NCBI GenBank assembly: GCA_947085875.1
Contig: CAMTYG010000024.1
Location: 6,148-70,147, forward strand
Direction of reading: 5' to 3'
DNA length: 64,000 nt
Source: an uncultured Sulfuricella sp.
GTDB lineage: Bacteria > Pseudomonadota > Gammaproteobacteria > Burkholderiales > Sulfuricellaceae
In this document: in pieces, positions 1 through 10,164 of the stretch
Numbering within the stretch: the first letter of the stretch is position 1
Layout: each line of letters begins with the position of its first letter
Made by a program: the position numbers and the translations under genes
The notes under the pieces: generated by a model
Database searches by the model: none
Told to the model about the DNA's origin: nothing
What the model saw: the letters and a program-made list of their open reading frames with translations, nothing else

Positions 1-1726
1 AACGCGCGACATGATTCGCATACTGGCCAACCTCTATAAGAGTCGCGGCGAGGCTGCACCGGTTCTTACGGCTGCTGACTTCCGGCTGGATGACGATGCG
101 TCCGGGATTGGCGCTTTACTTGATTCGGTATCGAATGAACACCACCGCACGTTGCGCGCCAAGGCACAGCAGAACATCATCTCGGTGACCGAAGCGGTTC
201 CGGGCCACGCCAGTACCGTGCCCCACCTACAGGAAATCGTCGGGGCGCTTTGGTTGCGTTCCATTGCCGTTGGCAATCTTGCCGGTGCCGAGCCCGCTAC
301 GTTGCAGGCCGACATCACCCGTGACAAGGCGGTCGACGACAACGGCTTCCAGGTCGAACTGGCCACCATCATCGAGAACAGCTTCAACATCCACCAAGAC
401 GGCCATCGTCTGGTCTTCCGCGAGGAAGAGAACCCGCAAGCCAAGCTGATGGCCTGCGCACGCAATGACAAGCTGTTCCTGGATGGCTCTGACCTCGCAC
501 AGCTCGCCAAGGAAGTGCGCTACGTAATCGGTGGTACCGAAGAGGTTGCCAAGACCTTCCGTGTCATTGCGTTGCCGAAATCCTGGCTGTCCGACCCGTG
601 GTCGTCACTGGATGAAACCGATCAGCCCGAGCGCTGGGACGACCGCTTGCCGATCCTTGTGCTGCCGGAGGAGCCGGACAAGCTCAATGAGCGCCTGGGT
701 CGGTGGGTGAAAGACCATCTACAGAAGCGCCGCAACACCGTTCGATTTCTGCTGCCGCGCTCTGGCTCGTCCAACGCATTCCAGGATCATGACCTGCTGA
801 TCCTCGCCCGCGCCGAGATGAAGGCGCTGGAGTGGAGCAGCCAGAATCCCGATTACAAGAAGCTGCACACCAAGTACCAAGGCGAGCTGCGCGACATTCT
901 GAAGAAACGCTTCGACCGTTTCGCCGTCCTGCACCGCTGGAACTTCACCGATCCGGGCCAGTGTGTGTTCAGCGTCGAGAGCTTAAAGAAACAGGGCGGA
1001 CAAATACCGGAGGCTATTGAAGAAGCGCTGATCAACGATCTGTTTGTCCCCGAGGATTTTGAAGACCTCGTTCTCGAAGCCGCTGGCGAAAACTCCCCGG
1101 TCGGCAAACTGCTGCGCGAATTGCAGGAGCCTCGCCCGGCAGGCCAGGACTGCATTCCTTGGCTGGGTGAAACCTCGATGAAGGAACGCATCCTGCGCCT
1201 GTGCGCGCGAGGCAAGGTCGCAATCAACCTGCGCGGCATGGAATTCCTGCAAGCGCAGCCCGGCGAGGACGAAGACACTGCGTGGAAGCGTCTGCGGCCC
1301 AAGCTTTCCTACACGGGTCGCCAGCTCGACGAAGTGTTCTTGCTGCAGCCATCTGCTGTGCCCACGACCGGCGGCACGCCGCCGCCCACCCCTCCTACCG
1401 GGAACCCGTTTGGTAATGACATGTTCGGCGGTGGCGCAAATCCCCCGACGCCCCCCAGTGGCGATATCCCGCCCACCGGCGGTGACATATTCGGTGGCAG
1501 CGAAGCAGACTCCGGCGGCAAGTCGCGCGTGAACCTGAATAACCCGGCCACCTCGGCGCTGAATCTCATCGGCAAGCTGGAAGGCTGGGGCATTGGCCCC
1601 GCGACCCCGGTTACGGAGGTGACGATCAAGGTGTCCGCCGCGACCGGCGCACAGGTGAAGGAACTGCTCAAGAAACTGCCCGACGGCATGACCTTCGAGC
1701 TGAGCCTTGAGAAGGAAGACAACTGA
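1..1726 (+). CDS. DUF499-family (BrxC-like) ATPase, C-terminal part; 5' end outside window
   Basis: Frame is open to the window edge. Pro/Gly linker plus a short C-terminal domain. Context with PglZ-like, DUF1156 and SNF2 genes. Walker motifs are not in the visible part. Confidence 0.65.
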   Translation, partial: TRDMIRILANLYKSRGEAAPVLTAADFRLDDDASGIGALLDSVSNEHHRTLRAKAQQNIISVTEAVPGHASTVPHLQEIVGALWLRSIAVGNLAGAEPATLQADITRDKAVDDNGFQVELATIIENSFNIHQDGHRLVFREEENPQAKLMACARNDKLFLDGSDLAQLAKEVRYVIGGTEEVAKTFRVIALPKSWLSDPWSSLDETDQPERWDDRLPILVLPEEPDKLNERLGRWVKDHLQKRRNTVRFLLPRSGSSNAFQDHDLLILARAEMKALEWSSQNPDYKKLHTKYQGELRDILKKRFDRFAVLHRWNFTDPGQCVFSVESLKKQGGQIPEAIEEALINDLFVPEDFEDLVLEAAGENSPVGKLLRELQEPRPAGQDCIPWLGETSMKERILRLCARGKVAINLRGMEFLQAQPGEDEDTAWKRLRPKLSYTGRQLDEVFLLQPSAVPTTGGTPPPTPPTGNPFGNDMFGGGANPPTPPSGDIPPTGGDIFGGSEADSGGKSRVNLNNPATSALNLIGKLEGWGIGPATPVTEVTIKVSAATGAQVKELLKKLPDGMTFELSLEKEDN

Positions 1727-2715
1727 TGACGATAGATGCAGAAGTTCTTCATCGGCTCACCAAGGGCGCACCCGAAGACGCATGGCGCGTCATCATCGAC
1801 AAGGCCGTTGAAATTGCATCCAAGCCCCTCGCCGCTGGCAATGCCCCGAGTGAAGTCACCAAGCGTGACCGCGAGATCGGCGCGCTCGATCACTTTTTGT
1901 CCTCAAGCGGATGGGACTTGTGGCAGGCGTTCGGTAACACGGTAGAGCGTACCTCGGATCGGTTGGTGCGCTGGTGGGACGAACCCTACAGCGCCAAGGC
2001 GGTGCTGATCCTAGATGGCCTATCGCTACGCGAACTGCCATGGCTGCTGCAAGGTGCCAAGGAGCGTGGTTTCACGCTGCACGAGGTCACCGCCAATGCC
2101 TCCGAATTACCGGGCGACACCAATGAATTCGCCCGAGCGCTTGGCTTTGGCAGCCGCAGCCAGCTTCAGAACAACGGCGGCGGACTGGCCCACAGCCTCC
2201 AGCCGGCACACACCGAGTGTGTCGATATGGCATGGAAGGATTGCGAGGGTCTAATCAACACATCGCCGAACTGGGTGTTCTGGCATCACTGGCCTGACAG
2301 CAAGGTACATGACGGCTCGGGCGCTGGCCAAGGCCTCGACATCCTGACGCGCGACGCTGCCGAGCAACTGAGCAGCGACGACTTCTGGGCCTTCGTCGAG
2401 CGCTTGGCAACGGGACGGCGGCTGGTGATTACCTCCGACCACGGTTACGCCGCCACCGGCTATTTCCCTGATGCGGATGGCGATGTTGGCCAGTTCCTCA
2501 AGAAGACTTTTTCCAGTGGCCGCAGCAAAACAGGCTCCGGTGATACCGGCCCTTTCGTGCCGCCCGTGGCACTCCAGATCAACAGCCCGCACGGTGCTCA
2601 TGTTATGGCGGTTGGCCGATGGAAGTGGAAGAGCCAAGGCGGCTACCCGACGTTGACGCATGGGGGCTTATCGCTGCTTGAGGTGTTGTCGCCGTTTATT
2701 GAGATAAGTAAATGA
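1726..2715 (+). CDS. Short PglZ-like alkaline-phosphatase-fold protein
   Basis: Motifs ILDGLS, ITSDHGY and HGGLS(LLE), paralleling VVDGLS/TADHGH/HGGVS in PglZ at 47008. Start overlaps the upstream stop. Confidence 0.75.
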   Translation: MTIDAEVLHRLTKGAPEDAWRVIIDKAVEIASKPLAAGNAPSEVTKRDREIGALDHFLSSSGWDLWQAFGNTVERTSDRLVRWWDEPYSAKAVLILDGLSLRELPWLLQGAKERGFTLHEVTANASELPGDTNEFARALGFGSRSQLQNNGGGLAHSLQPAHTECVDMAWKDCEGLINTSPNWVFWHHWPDSKVHDGSGAGQGLDILTRDAAEQLSSDDFWAFVERLATGRRLVITSDHGYAATGYFPDADGDVGQFLKKTFSSGRSKTGSGDTGPFVPPVALQINSPHGAHVMAVGRWKWKSQGGYPTLTHGGLSLLEVLSPFIEISK

Positions 2716-2749
2716 GTAAGAGTTTGAATCCGTTTTGGAGTATGAGCTG

Positions 2750-3760
2750 ATGGCACAAGCTGATTTATTGGTTGATCTACTTAAAACCGCGACCAGTGGT
2801 GATCAGTTGGCTTTCCGTAAAGTCGCAGAAGGGTTGATCCAGGAAGAAAAATCAAAGGGTCACCGGATTCTGGCGGAGCGCCTGGCAAAAGCAATGCAGA
2901 CCAATGCAGTTCAAGCCGCTCGACCTGCGGCAGCAAAAATGAACGGTGGCAGTATGAATAAAGATCTGTTTTACGAGATTACGCCAGAGCGCAATCTGGA
3001 TAGTCTGGTGCTGCCTGCAAAAATAAAGGCGCAGGTGCAAGAGCTGATAGAGGAGCAACACCGTTCAGAATTACTGCACGCACACAACTTGCGAGCGCGA
3101 AACAGGATTTTACTTGCAGGCCCTCCCGGTAATGGAAAAACAACACTGGCTGAGGCAGTAGCCTTCGAATTGATGTACCCCCTCATCGTGATTCGTTACG
3201 AAACCTTGGTGGGAAGCTATCTTGGAGAAACCTCCAGCCGCTTAAAAAGCGTACTGGACTACGCCAGAACGCAGCGCTGCGTTCTATTTTTTGACGAATT
3301 CGAAACATTGGGCAAGGAACGTGGCGACACCCACGAAACGGGCGAAATTAAAAGAGTGGTTAGCTCCTTGCTATTGCAGCTGGACGACATGCCGGACTAT
3401 GTGGTTGTCATTGCGGCAAGCAACCATCCCGAGCTGCTCGATAAAGCTGTCTGGCGGCGCTTTCAATTGCGCATCGAATTGCCGACGCCAACCCGCGAGC
3501 AATTGACTCATTACATCGCTTCAATTGGACAACGTTGCAGCATCAATTTCGGCTATGCGCCAGAAACATTAGCCAAACACCTGTTGGGGTTGAATTTTGC
3601 TGAGGTTGAGGAGTTCTGCCTTGGCGTGGTTCGTCGTGCTGTGCTCGACATGAAAACAGAAAACGCTAAAAGCTTAACTCAGCTCAAGCTGGAGCAATGG
3701 AAAGATCGATTGAGGCCAGTGACTGCGCAAACCACTATAACAACCAATAAAGAGGAATAA
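2750..3760 (+). CDS. AAA+ ATPase (IetA-like partner of S8 protease)
   Basis: Walker A GPPGNGKT, Walker B FFDEFE, ASNHPELLDKAVWRRF region. Confidence 0.9.
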   Translation: MAQADLLVDLLKTATSGDQLAFRKVAEGLIQEEKSKGHRILAERLAKAMQTNAVQAARPAAAKMNGGSMNKDLFYEITPERNLDSLVLPAKIKAQVQELIEEQHRSELLHAHNLRARNRILLAGPPGNGKTTLAEAVAFELMYPLIVIRYETLVGSYLGETSSRLKSVLDYARTQRCVLFFDEFETLGKERGDTHETGEIKRVVSSLLLQLDDMPDYVVVIAASNHPELLDKAVWRRFQLRIELPTPTREQLTHYIASIGQRCSINFGYAPETLAKHLLGLNFAEVEEFCLGVVRRAVLDMKTENAKSLTQLKLEQWKDRLRPVTAQTTITTNKEE

Positions 3761-3766
3761 GACCTG

Positions 3767-6391
3767 ATGGCAAGCCTATTTCCCTTATTGGTATTCCCAC
3801 AAGCCAAAACCATTGTGCCACCCAAGGGGAAGGGTTTTCCTCAAAGCCAGCCTCATTTACCCGGCCATGACAGGCAGGTTGATCGGCTTGATGCACAATT
3901 GACCACCCTGAAAGACGAATTAGCCCGTTACAAGGCCAATATCAGTGGCTCTGTGGCTGGCCTGGAGCCCGAAACGGTTTTGGTCATTGAAATTGCAGGC
4001 AGCATCAATGACTTCAGGCAGGCAGTGGAAGCCATTGGACTGGAGTGGCTTGGTGAGTGGGATATTGATGACATTGAGCCGGATGAAGAATTCTTTGAGC
4101 GAAATAAGAAAGGTGAAAAAACCGATAAGCCGGTAAAAGGACGGATGTTCCTGTCGCTCAGTAATGAAGATGGGATGCAGGAGTTATTGTCATTGTGGGA
4201 GCGCTGGCAACGTAACGAAGCGCTGCCAAATGGCAAAACAAAATGGCGAGACGTATTCAATCAGACGCTACACATTCGCCGATGGGGTATCGAAGAGACA
4301 CTGCGTGAAACCGGCATGTTGGACCATTGGCGATATCTGGTAGAAACCATCATCCCAGATCAGTTAATTCACTGCCAAATCGAGCTGTTTTATCGTCAAT
4401 CACCAGAAAAACGCAGGCAGAACGAGGTCAACATAAACGCACTCCTGGCTCCGGTTGGTGGCCGGACCCTGAGTGCTTTTATCGATATGCCAGACATCGC
4501 ATTTCACGCGGTAAAAGCCGAACTGCCTGCAGACCGTATTCGCCAGCTTTTGAGCGATCTTAATTCTGATAGGCACGATACAGACATTCAGCTCTTCAAG
4601 TTTCATGGTGTCATGTATTTTCGCCCCACTGGCCAGAGTCTCACCGTGGTAGGTGAAGGGGATGGCGAAGAGGCTGAGTTTCCACAGGGCGAGGCCGAGC
4701 TGCCCCCCGTTGCCGCCATTCTGGACGGCGCCCCCAATCTGCAGCACCAGGCGTTAAAAGGTCGTTTGCTTTTTGACGACCCAGATAACCTTGCTGCGCA
4801 GTATCAGCCGGGTGAAAAAAAGCACGGCACTGCCATGGCATCGTTGGTGGTGCATGGCGAGCTGGTAGATGGTCAATCCGATCCCCTGCAACGTCTGGTC
4901 TACGTCCTGCCCATCATGCAGCCCGACCCGAACACACGCAATCGTGATGAACATATCCCTGATGAAGTGTTTTTAGAAGACCGCATTGAGCGCGCCGTAA
5001 GGCGAATGTATGAAGGCGAAGGAAATACCCCCGCACAGGCACCCAGCGTCCGCGTTATCAATTTGTCGATTGGCGATCCGGCTCGGCCCTTTATTCATAC
5101 GCCCAGCCCTTGGGCAAGGCTGCTTGACTGGTTGGCGTGGAAGTACCGGGTGCTGTTTTGTGTGAGCGCGGGCAATTATCTGGACGACATCGACCTCGGC
5201 ATTCCACATCAGGATTATGTTGCTTTAACTGAAGGGGCGAAGATCGAGCATGTATTGAAATGCATTGAAGCACAGCTTTCTTCCCGGCGAATACTATCCC
5301 CATCAGAATCCATCAACGCGCTGTCTGTGGGCGCAATACATGCGGACAGCGCCGGCGATTATCACCTCGGGCAACGGACAGACTTGCTGCCCCATTCGTC
5401 TCTATTTAGCCCGGCCGCACGGGTGGGGCATGGCTTTCGCCGCTCGCTCAAGCCGGAAATTCTGTTCCCAGGTGGCCGACAACTGTATCGAACGCCAGCA
5501 CTGGATAATCAATCCTTTTACACCTTGGATGGCAGTCTTGGTGCGCCCGGGCAGAAAGTAGCCTGGGATAGCAACCAGGCGGGCGATTTGTCGAAAACCG
5601 CGTATACCCGTGGTACCAGCAATGCAACCGCCCTTGCTACGCGCAGTGGTGCGCGCATCTACGAGGTGCTCAACACTCTGCGGACAGAACAGAGGGGAGA
5701 CCTCCCGGAAGAGCTGACCTCGGTACTCATCAAGACCTTGCTCGTGCACGGAGCCAAGCATGACGACGAGGCGCACAACGTGCTCACCTCAGCGCTGAAA
5801 ACACCGGGTAATTCCCGCCGTTTTAAAGAGGTGAAAGCCCGTTATCTCGGTTACGGTGCCGTTGATATTGACCGGGTGCTGGCCTGTACCGAGCAGCGCG
5901 GTACGGTGTTGGGCTGTGGTGAAATTAGTGAGAACGAAATCCACGAATATCGCCTGCCCCTGCCCCCCGGCCTTGCCGGCAGCCAGGTTTGGCGCCGTAT
6001 GGTGGTGACCCTGGCATGGTTTACCCCCATCAACCCAGCACACCAGAATTTACGCGAAGCAAAACTTGAGCTTTCACCGGGCGACAAGTGGGATCAGTTG
6101 CCGTTAAAACTCGCTCGCCAGGATGCAGACCACAATCAGGTGCTGCGCGGCACAGTGCAGCATGAAGTGGTCGAGGGCACTCAGCAGATCGCCGCCTATC
6201 AGGACGGTGAAGGCATTCTGCTGCACGTGACCTGCAAAAAAGATGCAACTGCCCATCTCGATCACGCCATCCCCTACGGCCTGGCGGTAACGCTGGAAGT
6301 GGCCGAAGGCGTTGAAATCCCTATTTATGAACAGCTTCGCGCCAGGCTCAAACCACAAGTGGCGGTTGGAGTGGGAACAGGAAACAGTTAA
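3767..6391 (+). CDS. S8 subtilisin-like serine protease (IetS-like)
   Basis: Catalytic triad motifs ILDG, HGTAMA, GTSNAT; oxyanion SAGN; no signal peptide. Confidence 0.9.
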   Translation: MASLFPLLVFPQAKTIVPPKGKGFPQSQPHLPGHDRQVDRLDAQLTTLKDELARYKANISGSVAGLEPETVLVIEIAGSINDFRQAVEAIGLEWLGEWDIDDIEPDEEFFERNKKGEKTDKPVKGRMFLSLSNEDGMQELLSLWERWQRNEALPNGKTKWRDVFNQTLHIRRWGIEETLRETGMLDHWRYLVETIIPDQLIHCQIELFYRQSPEKRRQNEVNINALLAPVGGRTLSAFIDMPDIAFHAVKAELPADRIRQLLSDLNSDRHDTDIQLFKFHGVMYFRPTGQSLTVVGEGDGEEAEFPQGEAELPPVAAILDGAPNLQHQALKGRLLFDDPDNLAAQYQPGEKKHGTAMASLVVHGELVDGQSDPLQRLVYVLPIMQPDPNTRNRDEHIPDEVFLEDRIERAVRRMYEGEGNTPAQAPSVRVINLSIGDPARPFIHTPSPWARLLDWLAWKYRVLFCVSAGNYLDDIDLGIPHQDYVALTEGAKIEHVLKCIEAQLSSRRILSPSESINALSVGAIHADSAGDYHLGQRTDLLPHSSLFSPAARVGHGFRRSLKPEILFPGGRQLYRTPALDNQSFYTLDGSLGAPGQKVAWDSNQAGDLSKTAYTRGTSNATALATRSGARIYEVLNTLRTEQRGDLPEELTSVLIKTLLVHGAKHDDEAHNVLTSALKTPGNSRRFKEVKARYLGYGAVDIDRVLACTEQRGTVLGCGEISENEIHEYRLPLPPGLAGSQVWRRMVVTLAWFTPINPAHQNLREAKLELSPGDKWDQLPLKLARQDADHNQVLRGTVQHEVVEGTQQIAAYQDGEGILLHVTCKKDATAHLDHAIPYGLAVTLEVAEGVEIPIYEQLRARLKPQVAVGVGTGNS

Positions 6392-9300
6392 TGGCAACCA
6401 AAAAAGAACAACTGGCGATTGAAGTCGCAAAAGCCGTAGGCGCAGGCAAGGCGGTCGCGATGGAGACGGTTGACTTCAACGACCCCAATCGTCCCAAGAC
6501 TTGTCTGGAGGTGGATTTCCCGATCCTGCCCGTCAATCAGGTGGCGATCATCGAAGGCAACGCTGGCAAGCCGATCTACCAGATGTCGAAGTGGTGGGCG
6601 CGGAGGCGCTCCAGTGTGTTCCGCTCGATGCTGATCGCTGCTGCAACCAAAGCTCCCGAAGACAAATCGCACGCGGCCAAGCTGGTGTGGGATAACTACT
6701 ACGCCAACCACCAGAAGAAAGGCGCATTCAAGCACCTCAAGGTGGCGGATATTTTCATGGGCGGCGGCACTACGCTGGTCGAAGGCTCGCGCCTCGGGAT
6801 GCAGATGTTCGGCAACGACCTGAACCCGGTGGCATGGTTTGTCGTGAAGCAGGAACTGGCGAATGTCGATCTTGATGAGGTGAAGCGTCTGCTCGCCGAC
6901 ATCGAGGCCGAGGTCAAGCCGCAGATCATGCCGTACTACTACTGCGACGGGCCGAATGGCGAGAAAGGGAAATGGACGCATCTGCCGACCAAACGCGTGA
7001 TGGGGGCGGATTTCGACCCACTCAAGCTGACGCACGAACAACGCCGCGAATACAGCTACGAAGGCCCCGAGATTATCTACACGTTCTGGGCCAAGCACGG
7101 CCCGTGTCAGGTGACCGGTTGCGGCCACCGCACGCCGATCATGACCAGTCCAGTGATGGCGGTGAAGACGCTCACCGTCAAGTATTGGGAGCACACCTGC
7201 GGCAAATGCGGCAGCGATTTTCACGTTGAGGACAGCGCGGCGCGCATGGCTCCCGACGTGCCGCTATACGTCGCGCCGGATGAATATCCGTTCTCAACCC
7301 TGGACCCCAAGCGCGGTGTCGTTTGTCCGCATTGCGGCCATGCAAGCGCGGCGCAAATCCGCATCAATGATGGTCTTGTGATCGACGGCGAACACGGGCA
7401 AATCAAGCTGGGAAAGGGCAAGAACAAGAAGGTCGAGATGTCGCTGTTGGTTCACCCGCAGTGGCTGGCGGGTAGCCCGAAGAGCGATGCCAACGGTCAG
7501 CCGTTCGGTGGTTCGGCGCAAGATGATTCGACTGCAACTGCTCTTTGGAATGAGGAACGTGCATCCCGAGTTAGATTGCTAGAGGTCAGAGGCAATCTGC
7601 CTGAGGAAGTGACTTGCCCACAAACGAACGTGACCTTCAAGACGGGCAAGGAAGGCGGCACGGTACCCAAGAAATCCAACTACGCATGCGGCGCGTGTGG
7701 CACGGTTCAAGATGTGCTCGCGACAGTGAAAGCAAGTGGCAAGACAGGCCCGATGGCGGCTTACGCCATCCAGGGTTATGCTCCCAAGCGTGACGCTAGC
7801 GGTGCCCCCTACAACGGGCGGTTTTTTGCCCCCTTGGATGATCAACTTGCCCGTCAATACGATGCGGCAGGAAAGGAGTGGGACGAGCGAAAAAACGCCG
7901 ATTTAGCTGACTACTGGCCGCGCTCTGAATTGCCCTATGGATTCATGACACACCATCTCCAAGGCGGTGTTCCAAATCACGGATACACCCACTGGTGGAC
8001 CATGTTCAACCCTCGGCAGTTGCTCGTTCACGCACTGTTTCTCAGATGTCTAGATACAACTAGTCGTCAGGGCTACAGCGAAGCAGCAATTGAAGCTGTG
8101 CTTGGAACCTATGCTCAGGCTCTTCGTTATCACTGCGTGTTTGGTTTCTATCAAGCCGATTACGACAAGTTGATTCCGCATTTCTCGAACAACAATTTCC
8201 ATCCCAAGAACAATTCTGTGGAAGGGTTTCTGTTTAGTGGAGTCGGTGCGGGAAATATAAATGCCATCCGAAATTGGCTGGAAAATGGAATAACTTGGCG
8301 GGATTCTCCCTGGGAGATCGTAGCGCTAGACAACCTTGCAAAAACAAATGCGAACTTAGCAGTGCAACTTTCAGGTAAGAGCGAAAAGGCCAATCCCGGC
8401 GACCCGATAGGTGAGGCGGACATTTTTTGCGGCTCATCCACCGACCTCGCACGACTGCCTGACGCCAGCATTGATCTCGTTATTACTGATCCACCCTTCG
8501 GTGGCCTGCTGCATTACTCAGAGCTTTCAGACTTCTTCTACGTCTGGCTTCGTCTTGTTCTTAAATCGAAGTATCCAGATATCTTTGGGGCGGAATATAC
8601 GCCGAAGGCAATGGAGGTCGTGGCCAATCGGGCGCGCGAACCTGAAGACGCTGATGGCTTCTACCAGCGGCTGCTCACGCAATGCTGGCGCGAGGCTCAT
8701 CGCATCCTGAAACCGAGCGGCATCCTCGCTTTTACCTTCCACCACAGCGAAGACGATCCGTGGGTGGCGGTACTTGAGTCATTGTTTGATGCGGGCTATT
8801 ACCTTGAAGCAACCTATCCAATTCGTTCGGACGAAACCAAGGGCGAAGGCGAATTTGGCTCCAAGACTATCGAGTACGACATCATCCACGTCTGCCGCAA
8901 GCGCACAGAAGAGCCTAAGCCGGTGAGCTGGGGTAGGATGCGCCGCGAGGTGATGGCCGATGTGCGCCAATTGCAGGCGATGCTGGAAAACCATGCCAAG
9001 GAAGGACTGCCTGCAGCGGACATTCAAGTCATCCGGCGCGGCAAGGCGCTGGAATACTTCTCGCGTCACTATGGCAAAGTGTACGTGGACGAGGGCCGCA
9101 CGATCACCGTGCGTGATGCTCTGGTCGGTATCAACCAACTCATCGACGAAGACGGCAAAGGCGGACAGGAGCCGCCGCCAGTCAATGCCGAGCCGATCAC
9201 GCGCCAGTTCCTGCGCATCTTCGACGGCAAGACCGAGATCGCTCGCGACCAGATGCAGAAGTTCATGAAGGGCTCTGGCAGTGCGCCTGACGAGTTTGAG

Positions 9301-9657
9301 CAACGCGGCTGGTGCATCGAAAAGAACAAGGTGTTCTCGCTGGTCGATCCGCTGGCCTTCGCGCGCGACTGGCACGGGCGGCAAAAGCGCAGGCTCACCG
9401 CCGATCTGGATCAGGCATTGGTGTTCATCGGCGCCTGCTTCGACGGCAGCGGCATCAATGCCGCCGACACGTTAAAGAACGACAACTTCAAGCCGCATGT
9501 GGCTTTGAAGCCGCTGCTGGAATGGCTGCAAAAACGCGGCGCGGATCAGGCCACGCGCAATGCCGCATCGCGGGCAGTATCCATCTACAACGCTTGGGCG
9601 GCGACGCAGACGGCGAAGCCCAAGCAATCTTCGCTGTTTGAGGAGTACGAGCTATGA
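6391..9657 (+). CDS. DUF1156 Zn-ribbon adenine-specific DNA methyltransferase
   Basis: KWWARR N-terminal motif, SAM motif DIFMGGGT, catalytic TDPPF, several CxxC pairs. Confidence 0.9.
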   Translation: MATKKEQLAIEVAKAVGAGKAVAMETVDFNDPNRPKTCLEVDFPILPVNQVAIIEGNAGKPIYQMSKWWARRRSSVFRSMLIAAATKAPEDKSHAAKLVWDNYYANHQKKGAFKHLKVADIFMGGGTTLVEGSRLGMQMFGNDLNPVAWFVVKQELANVDLDEVKRLLADIEAEVKPQIMPYYYCDGPNGEKGKWTHLPTKRVMGADFDPLKLTHEQRREYSYEGPEIIYTFWAKHGPCQVTGCGHRTPIMTSPVMAVKTLTVKYWEHTCGKCGSDFHVEDSAARMAPDVPLYVAPDEYPFSTLDPKRGVVCPHCGHASAAQIRINDGLVIDGEHGQIKLGKGKNKKVEMSLLVHPQWLAGSPKSDANGQPFGGSAQDDSTATALWNEERASRVRLLEVRGNLPEEVTCPQTNVTFKTGKEGGTVPKKSNYACGACGTVQDVLATVKASGKTGPMAAYAIQGYAPKRDASGAPYNGRFFAPLDDQLARQYDAAGKEWDERKNADLADYWPRSELPYGFMTHHLQGGVPNHGYTHWWTMFNPRQLLVHALFLRCLDTTSRQGYSEAAIEAVLGTYAQALRYHCVFGFYQADYDKLIPHFSNNNFHPKNNSVEGFLFSGVGAGNINAIRNWLENGITWRDSPWEIVALDNLAKTNANLAVQLSGKSEKANPGDPIGEADIFCGSSTDLARLPDASIDLVITDPPFGGLLHYSELSDFFYVWLRLVLKSKYPDIFGAEYTPKAMEVVANRAREPEDADGFYQRLLTQCWREAHRILKPSGILAFTFHHSEDDPWVAVLESLFDAGYYLEATYPIRSDETKGEGEFGSKTIEYDIIHVCRKRTEEPKPVSWGRMRREVMADVRQLQAMLENHAKEGLPAADIQVIRRGKALEYFSRHYGKVYVDEGRTITVRDALVGINQLIDEDGKGGQEPPPVNAEPITRQFLRIFDGKTEIARDQMQKFMKGSGSAPDEFEQRGWCIEKNKVFSLVDPLAFARDWHGRQKRRLTADLDQALVFIGACFDGSGINAADTLKNDNFKPHVALKPLLEWLQKRGADQATRNAASRAVSIYNAWAATQTAKPKQSSLFEEYEL

Positions 9658-10154
9658 GGCAACTACGGGATTCTGTCTGGCAACGGCATGGCACCAGTTG
9701 GATATGGGATGCCGAGGCGCTGGCACAGGTTTGCACGGCTTCGGAGGTGTGGAGCCTGCGACAATTTCTGCTGGCCGTAGGGCACTGGCCGGAAGACCTG
9801 CCCAGCAATAATGGGGCTACCTTGGTTGTGGCGGGGCTGGATGGTTGCCTGGATTTGCTCGCTCCATCTGACGCTGAAAACTGGCTGGGTGCAGAAGTTA
9901 AAGCCGCGATTCTGTCGTTTCAAGATTTCTATGGCGGCGAGGCATCCCTGATTTTTTGGCTCCCTTCCGGCGCGGGGCGAATCACGGTCAATTCAGCAAC
10001 GGACGCCGTGGGTTGGCGCTGTGCCGCACCCCATACGGGCCAGCAACTGGATTTCGGTCGATTGCTATGGGGAGAAGCGCGCGAGTATCCCCAGGAAATA
10101 TTACTGCACGAGGGTGCCAGGCCTGCCGGGCTATTTCACTTGCGCATTACCTGA
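9654..10154 (+). CDS. Hypothetical protein of the DUF499 operon (possibly inactive NTPase-fold accessory)
   Basis: ATGA overlap with the methylase; 166 aa; Walker-B-like LVVAGLDG only. Confidence 0.6.
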   Translation: MRQLRDSVWQRHGTSWIWDAEALAQVCTASEVWSLRQFLLAVGHWPEDLPSNNGATLVVAGLDGCLDLLAPSDAENWLGAEVKAAILSFQDFYGGEASLIFWLPSGAGRITVNSATDAVGWRCAAPHTGQQLDFGRLLWGEAREYPQEILLHEGARPAGLFHLRIT

Positions 10155-10164
10155 GGTGAGTAAC

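Noticed and set aside
1360-1500. C-rich repeats in the DUF499 gene
   Set aside because: Explained by a Pro/Gly linker.
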